Below are positions 50,745 to 60,273 of a DNA stretch of 64,000 nt, piece by piece (position 1 is the stretch's first letter; each line of letters starts with the position of its first letter). Made by a program: the position numbers and the translations under genes. The stretch spans positions 19,376-83,375 of the forward strand of contig PERG01000006.1 in NCBI GenBank assembly GCA_002928535.1, read 5' to 3'. The notes under the pieces were generated by a model. It was not told where the DNA came from. It ran no database searches and was given only the letters and a program-made list of their open reading frames with translations. This DNA comes from Methylotenera sp. Its GTDB lineage: Bacteria; Pseudomonadota; Gammaproteobacteria; Burkholderiales; Methylophilaceae.

Positions 50745-50799
50745 TAGAGAATCTCAATTACTTTCAATAGGTAATTAGACTGTAATTGTAGATTCTCTA
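50745..50799 (+). other. Conserved 3' hairpin after lipoprotein copy 2
   Basis: TAGAGAATCT-CAATTAC...GTAATTG-T-AGATTCTCTA. Confidence 0.6.
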
Positions 50800-50885
50800 A
50801 TCCCTATGTTTTCTCTTTAAATTCGCTTCATCAAATCTTAAGTGCATTCCACTATCACGATGTTAATAACATGAATTTAATTGCC

Positions 50886-52163
50886 TTAATGGTTAAGTCC
50901 AGCGCGGCGGTTGTCAGGTTTGGCTAACAATAAATGCACATCACCCAAAGCGCGCTCGGCAAAGCCGCCTTCGCAATAACAAAGGTAAAACTCCCACATT
51001 TTAATAAACTCCTCTGAGTAGCCTAATTTACGGACCTCAAAAATATGTTTGAAGAAATTCTCTCGCCATAGCTTGAGCGTAGTGGCGTAATGAGGTCCGA
51101 TATCTTCCAGGTCGAACAAGCGTAAATCGCTGACTTTGGTGATGCTATTTAACATTGCAGTATTGGAGGGAATGCAGGATCCCGGAAAGATATACCGTTG
51201 GATAAAGTCCACTGAGGATTTCGCATTTTCGTAGCGCTGGTCGGCAATGGTGATCGCTTGAATCAAAGCCAGGCCATCCGGTTTGAGTAATTTGCTTACC
51301 TTGGAAAAATAAGTATCGTAGAACTGATACCCGACTGCTTCGACCATTTCAATGGACACCAGTTTGTCATATTGACCTTGCAAATGGCGGTAATCTTCCA
51401 GTAACAATGTGACCTTGTCATCTAATCCAGCCGCGCTTACTCGCATCTTTGCCAGCTCGAATTGCTGTTTGGAAATAGTCGTGGAGGTTACCTGGCAGCC
51501 GTAATGGCTAGCCGCATATATCGCAAAGCCGCCCCAGCCAGTACCAATCTCGATTACGTGGTCACCCGGTTTTAAATCTAACTTATCGCAAATCGTCTTA
51601 AGTTTTAGTTCGGATGCCGCTTGTAAAGTATTGGTCTCGGCATTGAACATGGCGCTGGAATACATCATGGTCGGGTCCAGGAAAAGGGCAAACATGTCAT
51701 TGCCCAAATCATAATGTGCCGCAATATTCTTGCGGCTGCCTTCGGTGGTGTTGCTGTTCAGCCAATGCAGCACTTTCAATAGTGGCCGCGTCAGCCATTG
51801 ATAACCACCTTCCAGCGTATCCATGACGGATTGATTGATACACATGAGGCGAATCACCTCGGTTAGATTGTCTGTTGTCCAGTATCCCAACATATACGCT
51901 TCACCCGCGCCTATGCTCCCGCCAAAAGCGATCTCCCCGTAAAAGCGTGCGTCATGCACATGGATAGTGACATTGATGCTTGAAGTACCGGCATGGCAGC
52001 CAAATATATGCTTTTCAGCACCATCTATTATGGTTAGCTGACCCCGTTGCAACTTGCATAAACGCTGAAGAATTTTGGCTTTTGCCCAAGTGGCGACCCA
52101 TCTGGCGCGGCTTTTGTGTTTAAGGCTGGCGGTAAGTGTTTCTTGTGTTGCATAAGTATTCAT
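50886..52163 (-). CDS. Cyclopropane-fatty-acyl-phospholipid synthase family methyltransferase (UfaM/CfaS-like)
   Basis: NIAAHYDLGN, MMYSSA, EIGTGWGG, SIEMVEAVG, YIFPGS, YLCYCEGGF. Confidence 0.9.
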   Translation of the reverse strand: MNTYATQETLTASLKHKSRARWVATWAKAKILQRLCKLQRGQLTIIDGAEKHIFGCHAGTSSINVTIHVHDARFYGEIAFGGSIGAGEAYMLGYWTTDNLTEVIRLMCINQSVMDTLEGGYQWLTRPLLKVLHWLNSNTTEGSRKNIAAHYDLGNDMFALFLDPTMMYSSAMFNAETNTLQAASELKLKTICDKLDLKPGDHVIEIGTGWGGFAIYAASHYGCQVTSTTISKQQFELAKMRVSAAGLDDKVTLLLEDYRHLQGQYDKLVSIEMVEAVGYQFYDTYFSKVSKLLKPDGLALIQAITIADQRYENAKSSVDFIQRYIFPGSCIPSNTAMLNSITKVSDLRLFDLEDIGPHYATTLKLWRENFFKHIFEVRKLGYSEEFIKMWEFYLCYCEGGFAERALGDVHLLLAKPDNRRAGLNH

Positions 52164-52165
52164 TA

Positions 52166-52930
52166 TTAAGTCCGGGATTGCGGGTGCGAGTAAAAAGGAA
52201 TGCGTTTAAGCCATAAGCGCAGTGCCTGCCAATAAATAGCAATAACTACTTTGACGGTCATGAAAGGGTACTTCAGTAAGAGCTTGTTCAAGTTTCGTGG
52301 TGTTATTGGCTTATATTTAAGAACCAGTGTGGCATCAAACATTTTTACGCCCGATTGATGGTTTTGCATAAACACATTTAAGTGTTTTGACGGCGCTGAA
52401 AATCGCCAGTCATATTCGATATCCATGGGCATAAAAGGGGAAACATGAAAAGACTTAGCTAGACTGAATTGATAAGAGTTTGCGTCGATGAGGCCATGAT
52501 TATCATGTGTGCAATCATGTACATAGGCAAAGTCTTCGCCCCATGGCGTGTTGGTAATATGGGTGACGATGGCTTCTAGCGTGGTATGGTCTGCAGCATA
52601 ACAATAATAAAAACTTACGGGGTTAAAGCAGTGGCCGAAATAACGCAGGTTGGTTAATAAGCACACTTTCCCTAATGTAGGTCTACCCAGGTTTTGTTCG
52701 ACGAGGCGTAAAATTTCTGACTTTAGCGGTTGTGCCGGGTTACCGTAATAATCGCTGCGATTGAAATAGGCAAGATTAGGCTTGAGATAAGACCAGAACT
52801 TGTTCTTATTAAATAAACTGGGAAGCTGTTCCAAATCTACATACATCATGAACACATCGTATGCAAATGCATGTGGCTTAGGCAAAAATCGCCGATGGGT
52901 AATTTGGCCGGTGTAGATGCAGCTCCACAT
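52166..52930 (-). CDS. DUF1365 family protein (UfaO-like)
   Basis: HRR..P..H.F.Y, FNPVSFYYC, NTPWGE, K.FHVSPFM, IYWQALRLWLK. Confidence 0.88.
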   Translation of the reverse strand: MWSCIYTGQITHRRFLPKPHAFAYDVFMMYVDLEQLPSLFNKNKFWSYLKPNLAYFNRSDYYGNPAQPLKSEILRLVEQNLGRPTLGKVCLLTNLRYFGHCFNPVSFYYCYAADHTTLEAIVTHITNTPWGEDFAYVHDCTHDNHGLIDANSYQFSLAKSFHVSPFMPMDIEYDWRFSAPSKHLNVFMQNHQSGVKMFDATLVLKYKPITPRNLNKLLLKYPFMTVKVVIAIYWQALRLWLKRIPFYSHPQSRT

Positions 52931-52931
52931 A

Positions 52932-54176
52932 CTAAGGCCGCCCTGACTCAAAATGTTGGAGTGCTGCTAATGCACTCACCACACCATCTTCATGGAACCC
53001 GTTGCGCCAATAGGCACCGGCATAAGCCGTACGGTTATGCCCGCTGATTTCAGCATGCCGGGCTTGGGCATTGGCGCCAGCCAGCGTATAAACAGGATGG
53101 GTATAATGAATGCGTTTGTATACCTTAGCGGGGTTAATCAGCCGGGTGTGGTTCAGGGTGACTAGCAGGGGCTCTTTTGATTTCAGATTTTGCAGGATAT
53201 TCATGTTGTAAGTTACTGCCACACGATCGGCAGGTGGCGTAGTGACATGGTAATTCCAGGCCGCCCAAGCCAGCTTACGCTTGGGCAATAGCGAAATATC
53301 ATGATGCAGATATACAGTGTTTTCCTGATAGGGAATCGCACCTAAAATTTCCCGCTCTGCGGGGCTTGCATCACTGAGTAAGCGCAGAGCTTGATCGCTG
53401 TGGCAGGCAAAAAACACATAATCAAATTGCTGTTCCTCTGAAAACTTTGGTTTAAGGTGCACCGCATTTTTTAAGCGGCGAACGGACTCGATGGGCGTAT
53501 TCAGGCGAATCTTGTGTTTGAAATTTTCTGTCAGAGCCGCAACATAACTTGCCGAACCACCTGTAATGGTGCGCCACTGCGGGCGATTATTCACGGTGAG
53601 CATGCCGTGATTATGGAAGAAGCGTACAAAGAACCGTGCTGGGAAATCCAGCATCTGCTTGGCATCGGTGGACCAAATGGCGGAGCCCATCGGAATAATG
53701 TAGTGGTCAACAAATTGCTGACTGTATTGCCCAATGTGCAAATAATCGCCTAATTTGATTTCATTACCTTCTGGCAATAGCTCAAGCGAGGTTTTATTGA
53801 AGCGCAAAATGTCGCGAATCATACGGTGAAATGCAGGCTTAAAAAAGTTACGGCGTTGTGCAAACAAGCTGTTCAAGCTAGTGCCGTTATATTCCAGCTG
53901 GCTATCTTCACAGCGTACGCTGAAGCTCATTTCACTAGGCTGCCACTCGACTTTTAATTCATCGAGTAACTGGATGAAATTCGGATAGGTGCGGTTGTTA
54001 AATACGATAAATCCTGTATCGACTGTATAGTCTTTCCCTTCATGCGTAATCTGATGGGTATGGGTATGACCGCCGATATGGCTTTCCGCTTCAAACACGG
54101 TAATGTCGTGCGTTTGGTGTAAATGGTAAGCCAGCGTGTTACCGGCAATACCGCTCCCTATAATGGCTATCTTCAA
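52932..54176 (-). CDS. FAD-dependent oxidoreductase (UfaD-like)
   Basis: IAIIGSGIAG, VDTGFIVFN..TYPN, WAAWNY, GFHEDG; TTG start. Confidence 0.88.
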   Translation of the reverse strand: MKIAIIGSGIAGNTLAYHLHQTHDITVFEAESHIGGHTHTHQITHEGKDYTVDTGFIVFNNRTYPNFIQLLDELKVEWQPSEMSFSVRCEDSQLEYNGTSLNSLFAQRRNFFKPAFHRMIRDILRFNKTSLELLPEGNEIKLGDYLHIGQYSQQFVDHYIIPMGSAIWSTDAKQMLDFPARFFVRFFHNHGMLTVNNRPQWRTITGGSASYVAALTENFKHKIRLNTPIESVRRLKNAVHLKPKFSEEQQFDYVFFACHSDQALRLLSDASPAEREILGAIPYQENTVYLHHDISLLPKRKLAWAAWNYHVTTPPADRVAVTYNMNILQNLKSKEPLLVTLNHTRLINPAKVYKRIHYTHPVYTLAGANAQARHAEISGHNRTAYAGAYWRNGFHEDGVVSALAALQHFESGRP

Positions 54177-54231
54177 TGGTCGTTTTCTATCAAAAGTATC
54201 TAAAATTTCAAGCGGTGGCGTATATCAGCCA

Positions 54232-55146
54232 TTAATGCTTAATTTTTCTTAATTCGCGAATATCAGCGGGTACAGTGCGCAGATCCCAGATTAGGCCCAA
54301 TGCGGCAAGCACTTTGAGTCCGTAGTAAGTGAGGTCTATCTCCCACCAGTAAAAGCCCTGACTTGCAGAGCCCGGGTAATGGTGATGATTGTTATGCCAG
54401 CCTTCACCCATCGTCACAATCGCAATCCACAGATTATTACGGCTGTGATCCTTGGTGGCGTAACGGCGCTTTCCCCAAATATGCGCCAATGAGTTGACGG
54501 TAAAAGTGGCGTGATATAACAAGACCGTGGAAATGGCAAAGCCCCAAATCAGCAGCTGCAATCCATTGGTATTAAATTGCGGATAAGCCGTTTCCATCCA
54601 GGCGCCAAGCATATAGATAGCAATTGCAAGTATTAAAGGCACGATAGCATCGAAGCGATCCAGGCATCGCAACTCGAAATATTTGGAAAATTCCTTAACG
54701 CGGTTTGAGTCGGTGGCGAAGTTCTTGTTGGCTAAGAACCAGCCAAAATGGCTCCACAGAAAACCATGCTGAACCGGGGAGTGTGCGTCTTCAAGCGAGT
54801 CCGAATTGATGTGGTGATGGCGATGGTGTGAAGCCCACCATAAAGGACCGCGTTGTACTGCGGATGCGCCCAGTACGGCTAGTACGAATTGAAACGCACG
54901 AGTGGTACGGAAGGCTTTATGAGAGAAGTAACGGTGGTAAAAACCTGTGATAGCAAACATGCGCGTCGCATATAAGCCAAGCGCAAATATAACGGCAAAC
55001 CAGCTTATCCCTACCCAGAAAACGCCAAAACAGGCTAGGTGAATGCCAATGAATGGCAAAACTCGCCACCAATCAATATGCTTGCTGTCGTCGAGCGTGG
55101 TATCTACCGCTTCGTTATCGAACCATTTAATGACTTTGTTCAGCAT
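54232..55146 (-). CDS. Membrane fatty-acid (acyl-CoA delta-9-like) desaturase
   Basis: His boxes HRYFSH, HRHHH, HNNHH. Confidence 0.92.
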   Translation of the reverse strand: MLNKVIKWFDNEAVDTTLDDSKHIDWWRVLPFIGIHLACFGVFWVGISWFAVIFALGLYATRMFAITGFYHRYFSHKAFRTTRAFQFVLAVLGASAVQRGPLWWASHHRHHHINSDSLEDAHSPVQHGFLWSHFGWFLANKNFATDSNRVKEFSKYFELRCLDRFDAIVPLILAIAIYMLGAWMETAYPQFNTNGLQLLIWGFAISTVLLYHATFTVNSLAHIWGKRRYATKDHSRNNLWIAIVTMGEGWHNNHHHYPGSASQGFYWWEIDLTYYGLKVLAALGLIWDLRTVPADIRELRKIKH

Positions 55147-55164
55147 GATATTTCCGTATCAGCG

Positions 55165-55698
55165 TTATTGGTTCGAACTGTGCGGGACTTTGCGCAACTT
55201 GCTCATGTCATAACCCATGTCTGAGATGAGCTGTGTGAGCCGTGTGTAATCAGCATCACTTATCTTAGGACTACGCGCCATGATCCAGACATAATCACGC
55301 GCATTACGCGCAATGATGGTTTGAGTGTAATCCTGATCCAGATAAGCAATCCGGTATTCTGCTTTTATCGGCCAGATAAATTGCATGCCCCACAAGGCAT
55401 TGCCGCTGTTCTCAATCACAAAGCCGCGCGGATGATAGTTTTTGACTTTACCATCAAGGCTGCCTTTGTTAAACGTAAATGTCGTGGCAATGCTGCCATC
55501 TTTTTCCAGCACATATGTTTCTGTCGCGTTATAAGATTCAGTTTCAATCGCGGTGGGGATAGCGGCAATGACATACCATTTACCCATGAATCTTGGCAAA
55601 TCTACTTGCGGCACTGTTGGGATTGGGGCGTGTTGTTGGGTGGCACATCCTGCAATCAAACTCAACAATGGTAACCATGATAATTTCATATAATTCAA
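55165..55698 (-). CDS. Lipocalin (Blc-like lipoprotein)
   Basis: Lipobox LIAG-C, VDL.RFMGKWY, YVWIMAR. Confidence 0.9.
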   Translation of the reverse strand: MNYMKLSWLPLLSLIAGCATQQHAPIPTVPQVDLPRFMGKWYVIAAIPTAIETESYNATETYVLEKDGSIATTFTFNKGSLDGKVKNYHPRGFVIENSGNALWGMQFIWPIKAEYRIAYLDQDYTQTIIARNARDYVWIMARSPKISDADYTRLTQLISDMGYDMSKLRKVPHSSNQ

Positions 55699-55715
55699 CC
55701 TATTAAATATTTAAG

Positions 55716-56381
55716 TTAACGTAATTTATAAATTATGATATAGCCGTCTGGTGTAGTAGAACGTAATGCTAACCACTCATTTTCGGCGCTATACCACAAT
55801 TCAATTTTCAGTTTTGGCTTGGCCTCCTTAGGATTGCCATCGAGCGTGCCCTCAATGCGGTAATGGGTAGCCTCAGTTTTCTTGCCTCGAACTTCTATCG
55901 TGTCCTTGCCCACTTTGCTGATTTTGGTATCCAGCCACTCGGCATTTTGAGGATTGAGTAACCTGCTTTGCGACAGTATCCTTGGATTCCAATAGGCAAA
56001 GGTCATGGTGCAAGCGGGTAAATTTTGGATACGTTTGCCATCATCCACAACAAAGTTCGTTTCAGTCAGTTTGCCTTCTACATTAGAAATCACTTTGTTT
56101 TCCACGGTGTACGATTGCAGGTTTACGAGGCAGTCCTTTTGCCAATGTTCGATGGCCTGATGGTCATATTGATAAGCATTTAAAAACAATACTTTGACGT
56201 TGAATTTGGCTTTGCTGGTCAGCATGTTGTCATTGAGGGTAAACACGTGCTGGCCTATCTTGCTTTTATCCAGATACACATCAAATGCCCATTCTTTAGC
56301 ATAAGAACTGACGCTGAATAATGCTAAACCCAGCAATAAAAGCGTGTAACCAAGGGGGAAAGATTTCAATCGACTATTCAT
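55716..56381 (-). CDS. Secreted beta-rich protein (DUF6134-like)
   Basis: Signal peptide, F.VYLD...IG.H, Y.Y.H...E.W...CL, LLN.Q. Confidence 0.7.
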   Translation of the reverse strand: MNSRLKSFPLGYTLLLLGLALFSVSSYAKEWAFDVYLDKSKIGQHVFTLNDNMLTSKAKFNVKVLFLNAYQYDHQAIEHWQKDCLVNLQSYTVENKVISNVEGKLTETNFVVDDGKRIQNLPACTMTFAYWNPRILSQSRLLNPQNAEWLDTKISKVGKDTIEVRGKKTEATHYRIEGTLDGNPKEAKPKLKIELWYSAENEWLALRSTTPDGYIIIYKLR

Positions 56382-56387
56382 AAAACT

Positions 56388-57161
56388 TCATTCTTTAGGC
56401 GCCCATGGAAAAAAAGCGTTGGTGCGTGCTATATAGCGTTGATAGGCTGGGCGCCGCTCGACGATGGTTTTCTCCAGTAACGCAACGCCACTCACCTTGA
56501 ATAACAGCAAGGACATTAAGAGTGGCGAAGCGATGCTCCACCAGGCGCCGCCTGCTAAGGCAATGAGGTAAAAGCCCCACCATACGCAGAATTCACCAAA
56601 ATAATTAGGATGGCGGCTGTAATGCCACAAGCCGGTATCCAACACGCGGTCTTTATTTTCAGGCTTTTCCTTAAAGCGGCTTAACTGCCAATCCGCTAGG
56701 GTTTCCCAGTAAATGCCCAAGAGGACTAACGATGCCCCCACGTAATCCCAGCCATTCAATGCAGTCTTCGCAGCAATTGCGCCAAATAGCGGCATGGAGA
56801 TCAGCCAGGCTAATAGTGCTTGCAGTCCGAAGATGATATAGATGCTTTTTAACCAGAAGTGCGGTTCGTTATTTTCTCGAATTGCCATGTAACGATGGTC
56901 TTCATGCGGCCCCCAGTTTCGCCATGTGAGGTAAGCACATAGGCGGATTGCCCAGATGGACACCAGGATTAAAACCAGTGTTGTGCGCGGGTTGAGCTCA
57001 TAGAAAAACAGCGTGTAAGTGTAGGCGGACATGCCAATGAACAGGCTCCACATACTATCGACATGGGTAACGTTATCGCGTACCAGGCTTAATAACCAGC
57101 CGCTAAAGGCAAATAAGCCAATCGCCATTAATCCTGCAAAGTAGATATGCCAATAGCTCAT
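56388..57161 (-). CDS. DUF1295 / steroid 5-alpha-reductase-like membrane protein
   Basis: VDSMWS, ED.RY, ADWQL..FK, GLW.YSRHPNYFGE. Confidence 0.88.
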   Translation of the reverse strand: MSYWHIYFAGLMAIGLFAFSGWLLSLVRDNVTHVDSMWSLFIGMSAYTYTLFFYELNPRTTLVLILVSIWAIRLCAYLTWRNWGPHEDHRYMAIRENNEPHFWLKSIYIIFGLQALLAWLISMPLFGAIAAKTALNGWDYVGASLVLLGIYWETLADWQLSRFKEKPENKDRVLDTGLWHYSRHPNYFGEFCVWWGFYLIALAGGAWWSIASPLLMSLLLFKVSGVALLEKTIVERRPAYQRYIARTNAFFPWAPKE

Positions 57162-57700
57162 GAGGTGATTGTTTTGTGTATGGATAAATGAAAGCCATCA
57201 AAGCGCTTGGCTAGGACTAAAAACGCTGGCATCACAATCGCCCAGCCGATGGCGAGTAGCCAATAAGCCGTATTGAGATTGATTGTGATTGCACCCATTG
57301 ATTGCGCTGCATGATAGGCAAGCGGCCCGCCAATAAAGCCGAATAGGGCGGCGAGGGATAATTTGGCGCGCATCCAGCGCAAGCTCACATTAAGCAAGGT
57401 GGCAAAGGTGAGCCACAAAGCCAGTATCCAGGCGGGGACAAACGCTTTACTCCAGCCATGGGCCTGATAATCAATCAGGTCCAAAGACAACAGCATCTGG
57501 TCAAAGGTAAAGCCAATCAACATGACGATGGCGACCAACTTGGCTTCAGGGAGTGGGTCTTTGGCCAGGATAAAATGTAGCGCCAACACAATGACGGCCA
57601 CTTCCAACCCCAGCCACGGCTGTTGATAGGCTGCACCTAACACACTGGCGAACCAGGCGCCTTGGTACAACACAATATTGATAATAGTTTTTAATGACAT
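57158..57700 (-). CDS. DUF2878 family membrane protein
   Basis: N..LYQ..W...V, P.W...LW..FAT.LN.SL.W, GGPLAY. Confidence 0.82.
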   Translation of the reverse strand: MSLKTIINIVLYQGAWFASVLGAAYQQPWLGLEVAVIVLALHFILAKDPLPEAKLVAIVMLIGFTFDQMLLSLDLIDYQAHGWSKAFVPAWILALWLTFATLLNVSLRWMRAKLSLAALFGFIGGPLAYHAAQSMGAITINLNTAYWLLAIGWAIVMPAFLVLAKRFDGFHLSIHKTITS

Positions 57701-57708
57701 ATTGAAAG

Positions 57709-58770
57709 TTAATGGTTGAGGGGGCGTTCAAACTGGTAGTGTGTGACCCACCATTCCTGGCCTTGTGCAAAGCCAAACAACTCCGCGCACGCCATGTAAA
57801 AAATACGCCAGCGATTTCGCCATTTAACCGCTTCGCCGGCACCGTAGGTACTTTCCAAGATGGGCGTAATTTGGTCTTCGGCAGCATCCATATTGGCTAG
57901 CCAGGCATTGGCGGTTTTTTCGTAATGTGTGCCATCCCAACGCCAACGCTGCTTCAGCTTGAGTTTCTCCTGGAAATGCAGTGGCAAGCTGTCGCTTGGC
58001 ATCATGCCGCCGGAAAAAAAGAATTGGCTCATCCAATCGCTATCATCCTGCACTTCAAAGGCATAGGGTGTAGAGCGATGCACGAAGATATGCATAAAAA
58101 ACTTACCGCCCGGAATTAGCCAGTCGTGCAGTTTGCCGTAGAGCAACTTGTGGTTACGCATATGCTCAAACATTTCGACGGAAACAATACGGTCAAAAGC
58201 GGGCAGGTCAAAATCAGCAGGGTCAAAATTATTCATATCACAAGTGATAACCCGGACGTTTTTTAGACCACGCTCTTGTGCAGTTTTAACAATGAATTCC
58301 CGCTGGGATTTGGAGTTGGAAACAGCCGTAATGTGGCTGTTCGGGTAATGGTTTGCCATCCAAAGCGTTAAAGATCCCCAGCCACAGCCTAACTCTAATA
58401 TTTGCTGTCCATCCGTTAAATCCGCATGCTGGCAGCTGATATGAAGGGCATTGGCTTCAGCTTCATCCAAAGTCTGAGTTTCCGGTAGCCAGAAACAACT
58501 ACTGTATTTACGGTGTTGGCCTAGGCATAATTCAAAAAATTTTGCCGGTACTTCGTAATGCTGAGCATTCGCCAGTTCTGGCACTAGCGCAATCGAAGAG
58601 GCATTCATACTTGTAATAAAATCAGCCTCGTACTTGATGCTGGATTCACAATTAGCAGCACCGATTTCATCAAGCCGCTTTTGTGAAAGTTGACGGATTC
58701 CCCTGCGTATAATGCCATCTGGTACTAAGCCATTTTCTGCCATTCGAATGGCTAAACTCGTTAAATGCAT
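57709..58770 (-). CDS. Second SAM-dependent (Cfa-family) methyltransferase
   Basis: ANAQHYEVP, KYSSC, LELGCGWGS, SVEMFEHMRN, HYEKT...W, ACAELFG. Confidence 0.88.
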   Translation of the reverse strand: MHLTSLAIRMAENGLVPDGIIRRGIRQLSQKRLDEIGAANCESSIKYEADFITSMNASSIALVPELANAQHYEVPAKFFELCLGQHRKYSSCFWLPETQTLDEAEANALHISCQHADLTDGQQILELGCGWGSLTLWMANHYPNSHITAVSNSKSQREFIVKTAQERGLKNVRVITCDMNNFDPADFDLPAFDRIVSVEMFEHMRNHKLLYGKLHDWLIPGGKFFMHIFVHRSTPYAFEVQDDSDWMSQFFFSGGMMPSDSLPLHFQEKLKLKQRWRWDGTHYEKTANAWLANMDAAEDQITPILESTYGAGEAVKWRNRWRIFYMACAELFGFAQGQEWWVTHYQFERPLNH

Positions 58771-58782
58771 CGCTTGCCTTTA

Positions 58783-59505
58783 TTAAATTTGTGTTAATTG
58801 ACCTTGATAGAGCACTTTACCTGTAGGTATCCCATTAGGTGCGCCGCCAACAGGTTCCAAAGTCACTGCTAGAGCGCCTTCAAGTAGTAAAGTAGCCACT
58901 TTTTCGGAGACTACCCGATGGTGTTTACCTTGCAAAGGCATTAAACCGACAGAGATAGGCGCGCTTTTATCTGGCGGTAATATCCAAAGTTCGTACGATT
59001 TGTTGCTCACCGGTTTTACCCCGGACATAGTGGCCATCCGTAATTCAGGTTGCCCGTTGTTGTCTTTGGCAAGTGTTAGCATCCATGCCGCCTTATGTTC
59101 GGCGTCAGCCAATAGTGCCACTGGCGCCGGTGCTTCTTTGGCCGCAACTTCAACTGGCACTTCTATAATTTGCGGTTCACTGGTCACGATAAATAAAACC
59201 AAGGCCGCTGCCATGCCGGAAGAAACTAAAGCAAGGCTTGGCCACCAATTGGCCCAGCGGGAAACCGAGGATTTAGCGCCGAATAATCTTTTTTCGATGG
59301 CTTGCCATAGCTGTTCGCGCGGTGCTATAGCTGGCAACATATCTGCCAAGAGGTGTAGGCGCGATAACCACCATTTAGCTGCCAGCTGCCAGTCAGTACG
59401 TTTGCTGGAGAGCGCTTCAAAACGTTTACGTGCAGCCCCTTTAAGACTGCCCAGTGCATATTCGGCGGCTAACGCATCACGAGTTTTGGGATCGTCGTAT
59501 CTCAT
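58783..59505 (-). CDS. Anti-sigma factor (RskA-like)
   Basis: LAAEYALG.L, central TM helix, YELW, AVTLEP.GG.P...PTG. Confidence 0.87.
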   Translation of the reverse strand: MRYDDPKTRDALAAEYALGSLKGAARKRFEALSSKRTDWQLAAKWWLSRLHLLADMLPAIAPREQLWQAIEKRLFGAKSSVSRWANWWPSLALVSSGMAAALVLFIVTSEPQIIEVPVEVAAKEAPAPVALLADAEHKAAWMLTLAKDNNGQPELRMATMSGVKPVSNKSYELWILPPDKSAPISVGLMPLQGKHHRVVSEKVATLLLEGALAVTLEPVGGAPNGIPTGKVLYQGQLTQI

Positions 59506-60068
59506 TTCACACCTCCCATACAGTTCTTAAGAGTTTCTAGGCCGCGTCTTAGCCAGGTTTTTACAGTGCCTAAGGGCTGCGCCAATTGCTGGGCTAATTG
59601 CTCATGCGCCAAGCCATGGAAATAACTCAAAGCAAATGCTTGTCTTTGTTTGGGGGCTAGTTGACTCATGCAGCGCAGTAGGGCTTTGGTATCACTTTGT
59701 GTTGCGGCTGCTTCCATCGGGCCAAGGTCTTCTGAGGCCCAATCATCAAAACTTTGATCTTCATGGAGTCCTTGCTCTCGCGGACTTGCACGTAGCAGAT
59801 CAATACAGCGGTTCCGAACAATTGCAGTCATCCAAGTCATCACTGCGGCTTTATCTTCACGGTAGGTATCTGCACTGTGCCAGATTTTCACGTAAGCATC
59901 TTGCAATGCCTCTTCAGCCAGGTCTCTACTAGCTAATATACGTAAAGCAAGGGCGAATAGTTTCGCTGACGTTGCTTGGTATAACATCGCAAACGCTTGA
60001 CGGTCACCTTGTCCAGTTTTGACCAACATTTCGAAGAGGTCTGTAGTTTTATTTATTGATATAGACAT
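59502..60068 (-). CDS. ECF sigma factor
   Basis: GDRQAF..LY, AEEALQDAYVKIW, RNRCID, PLGTVKTWLRRGL; 4-nt overlap with the anti-sigma gene. Confidence 0.93.
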   Translation of the reverse strand: MSISINKTTDLFEMLVKTGQGDRQAFAMLYQATSAKLFALALRILASRDLAEEALQDAYVKIWHSADTYREDKAAVMTWMTAIVRNRCIDLLRASPREQGLHEDQSFDDWASEDLGPMEAAATQSDTKALLRCMSQLAPKQRQAFALSYFHGLAHEQLAQQLAQPLGTVKTWLRRGLETLKNCMGGVK

Positions 60069-60132
60069 AATTAGCGAAAATCCAGTTAAGCTCCCATTAA
60101 GTAATGGCTGAGCTAAGTTGTTAGAGGTTATG

Positions 60133-60159
60133 TACGGCTGACTTTTTAAAACAGATTCA
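60133..60159 (-). promoter_or_regulatory. Putative ECF-dependent autoregulatory promoter
   Basis: Minus strand TGAATC-N16-CCGTA, about 65 nt upstream of the sigma start. Confidence 0.55.
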
Positions 60160-60273
60160 AAGTTTTTGAATTATTTATTGCCTATCTAAAAATTAGTCAA
60201 ATTGGCAATAAGTATACACATCTGTATACTTTAAATATATTAAAACAGTGAAGTTAGAAAGAACCAATAATTT

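Noticed and set aside
33650-50880. Accessory stretch as a prophage or integrative element
   Set aside because: No integrase, transposase, tRNA, att-like repeats or phage structural genes; interleaved with core genes such as mnmC/mnmD.
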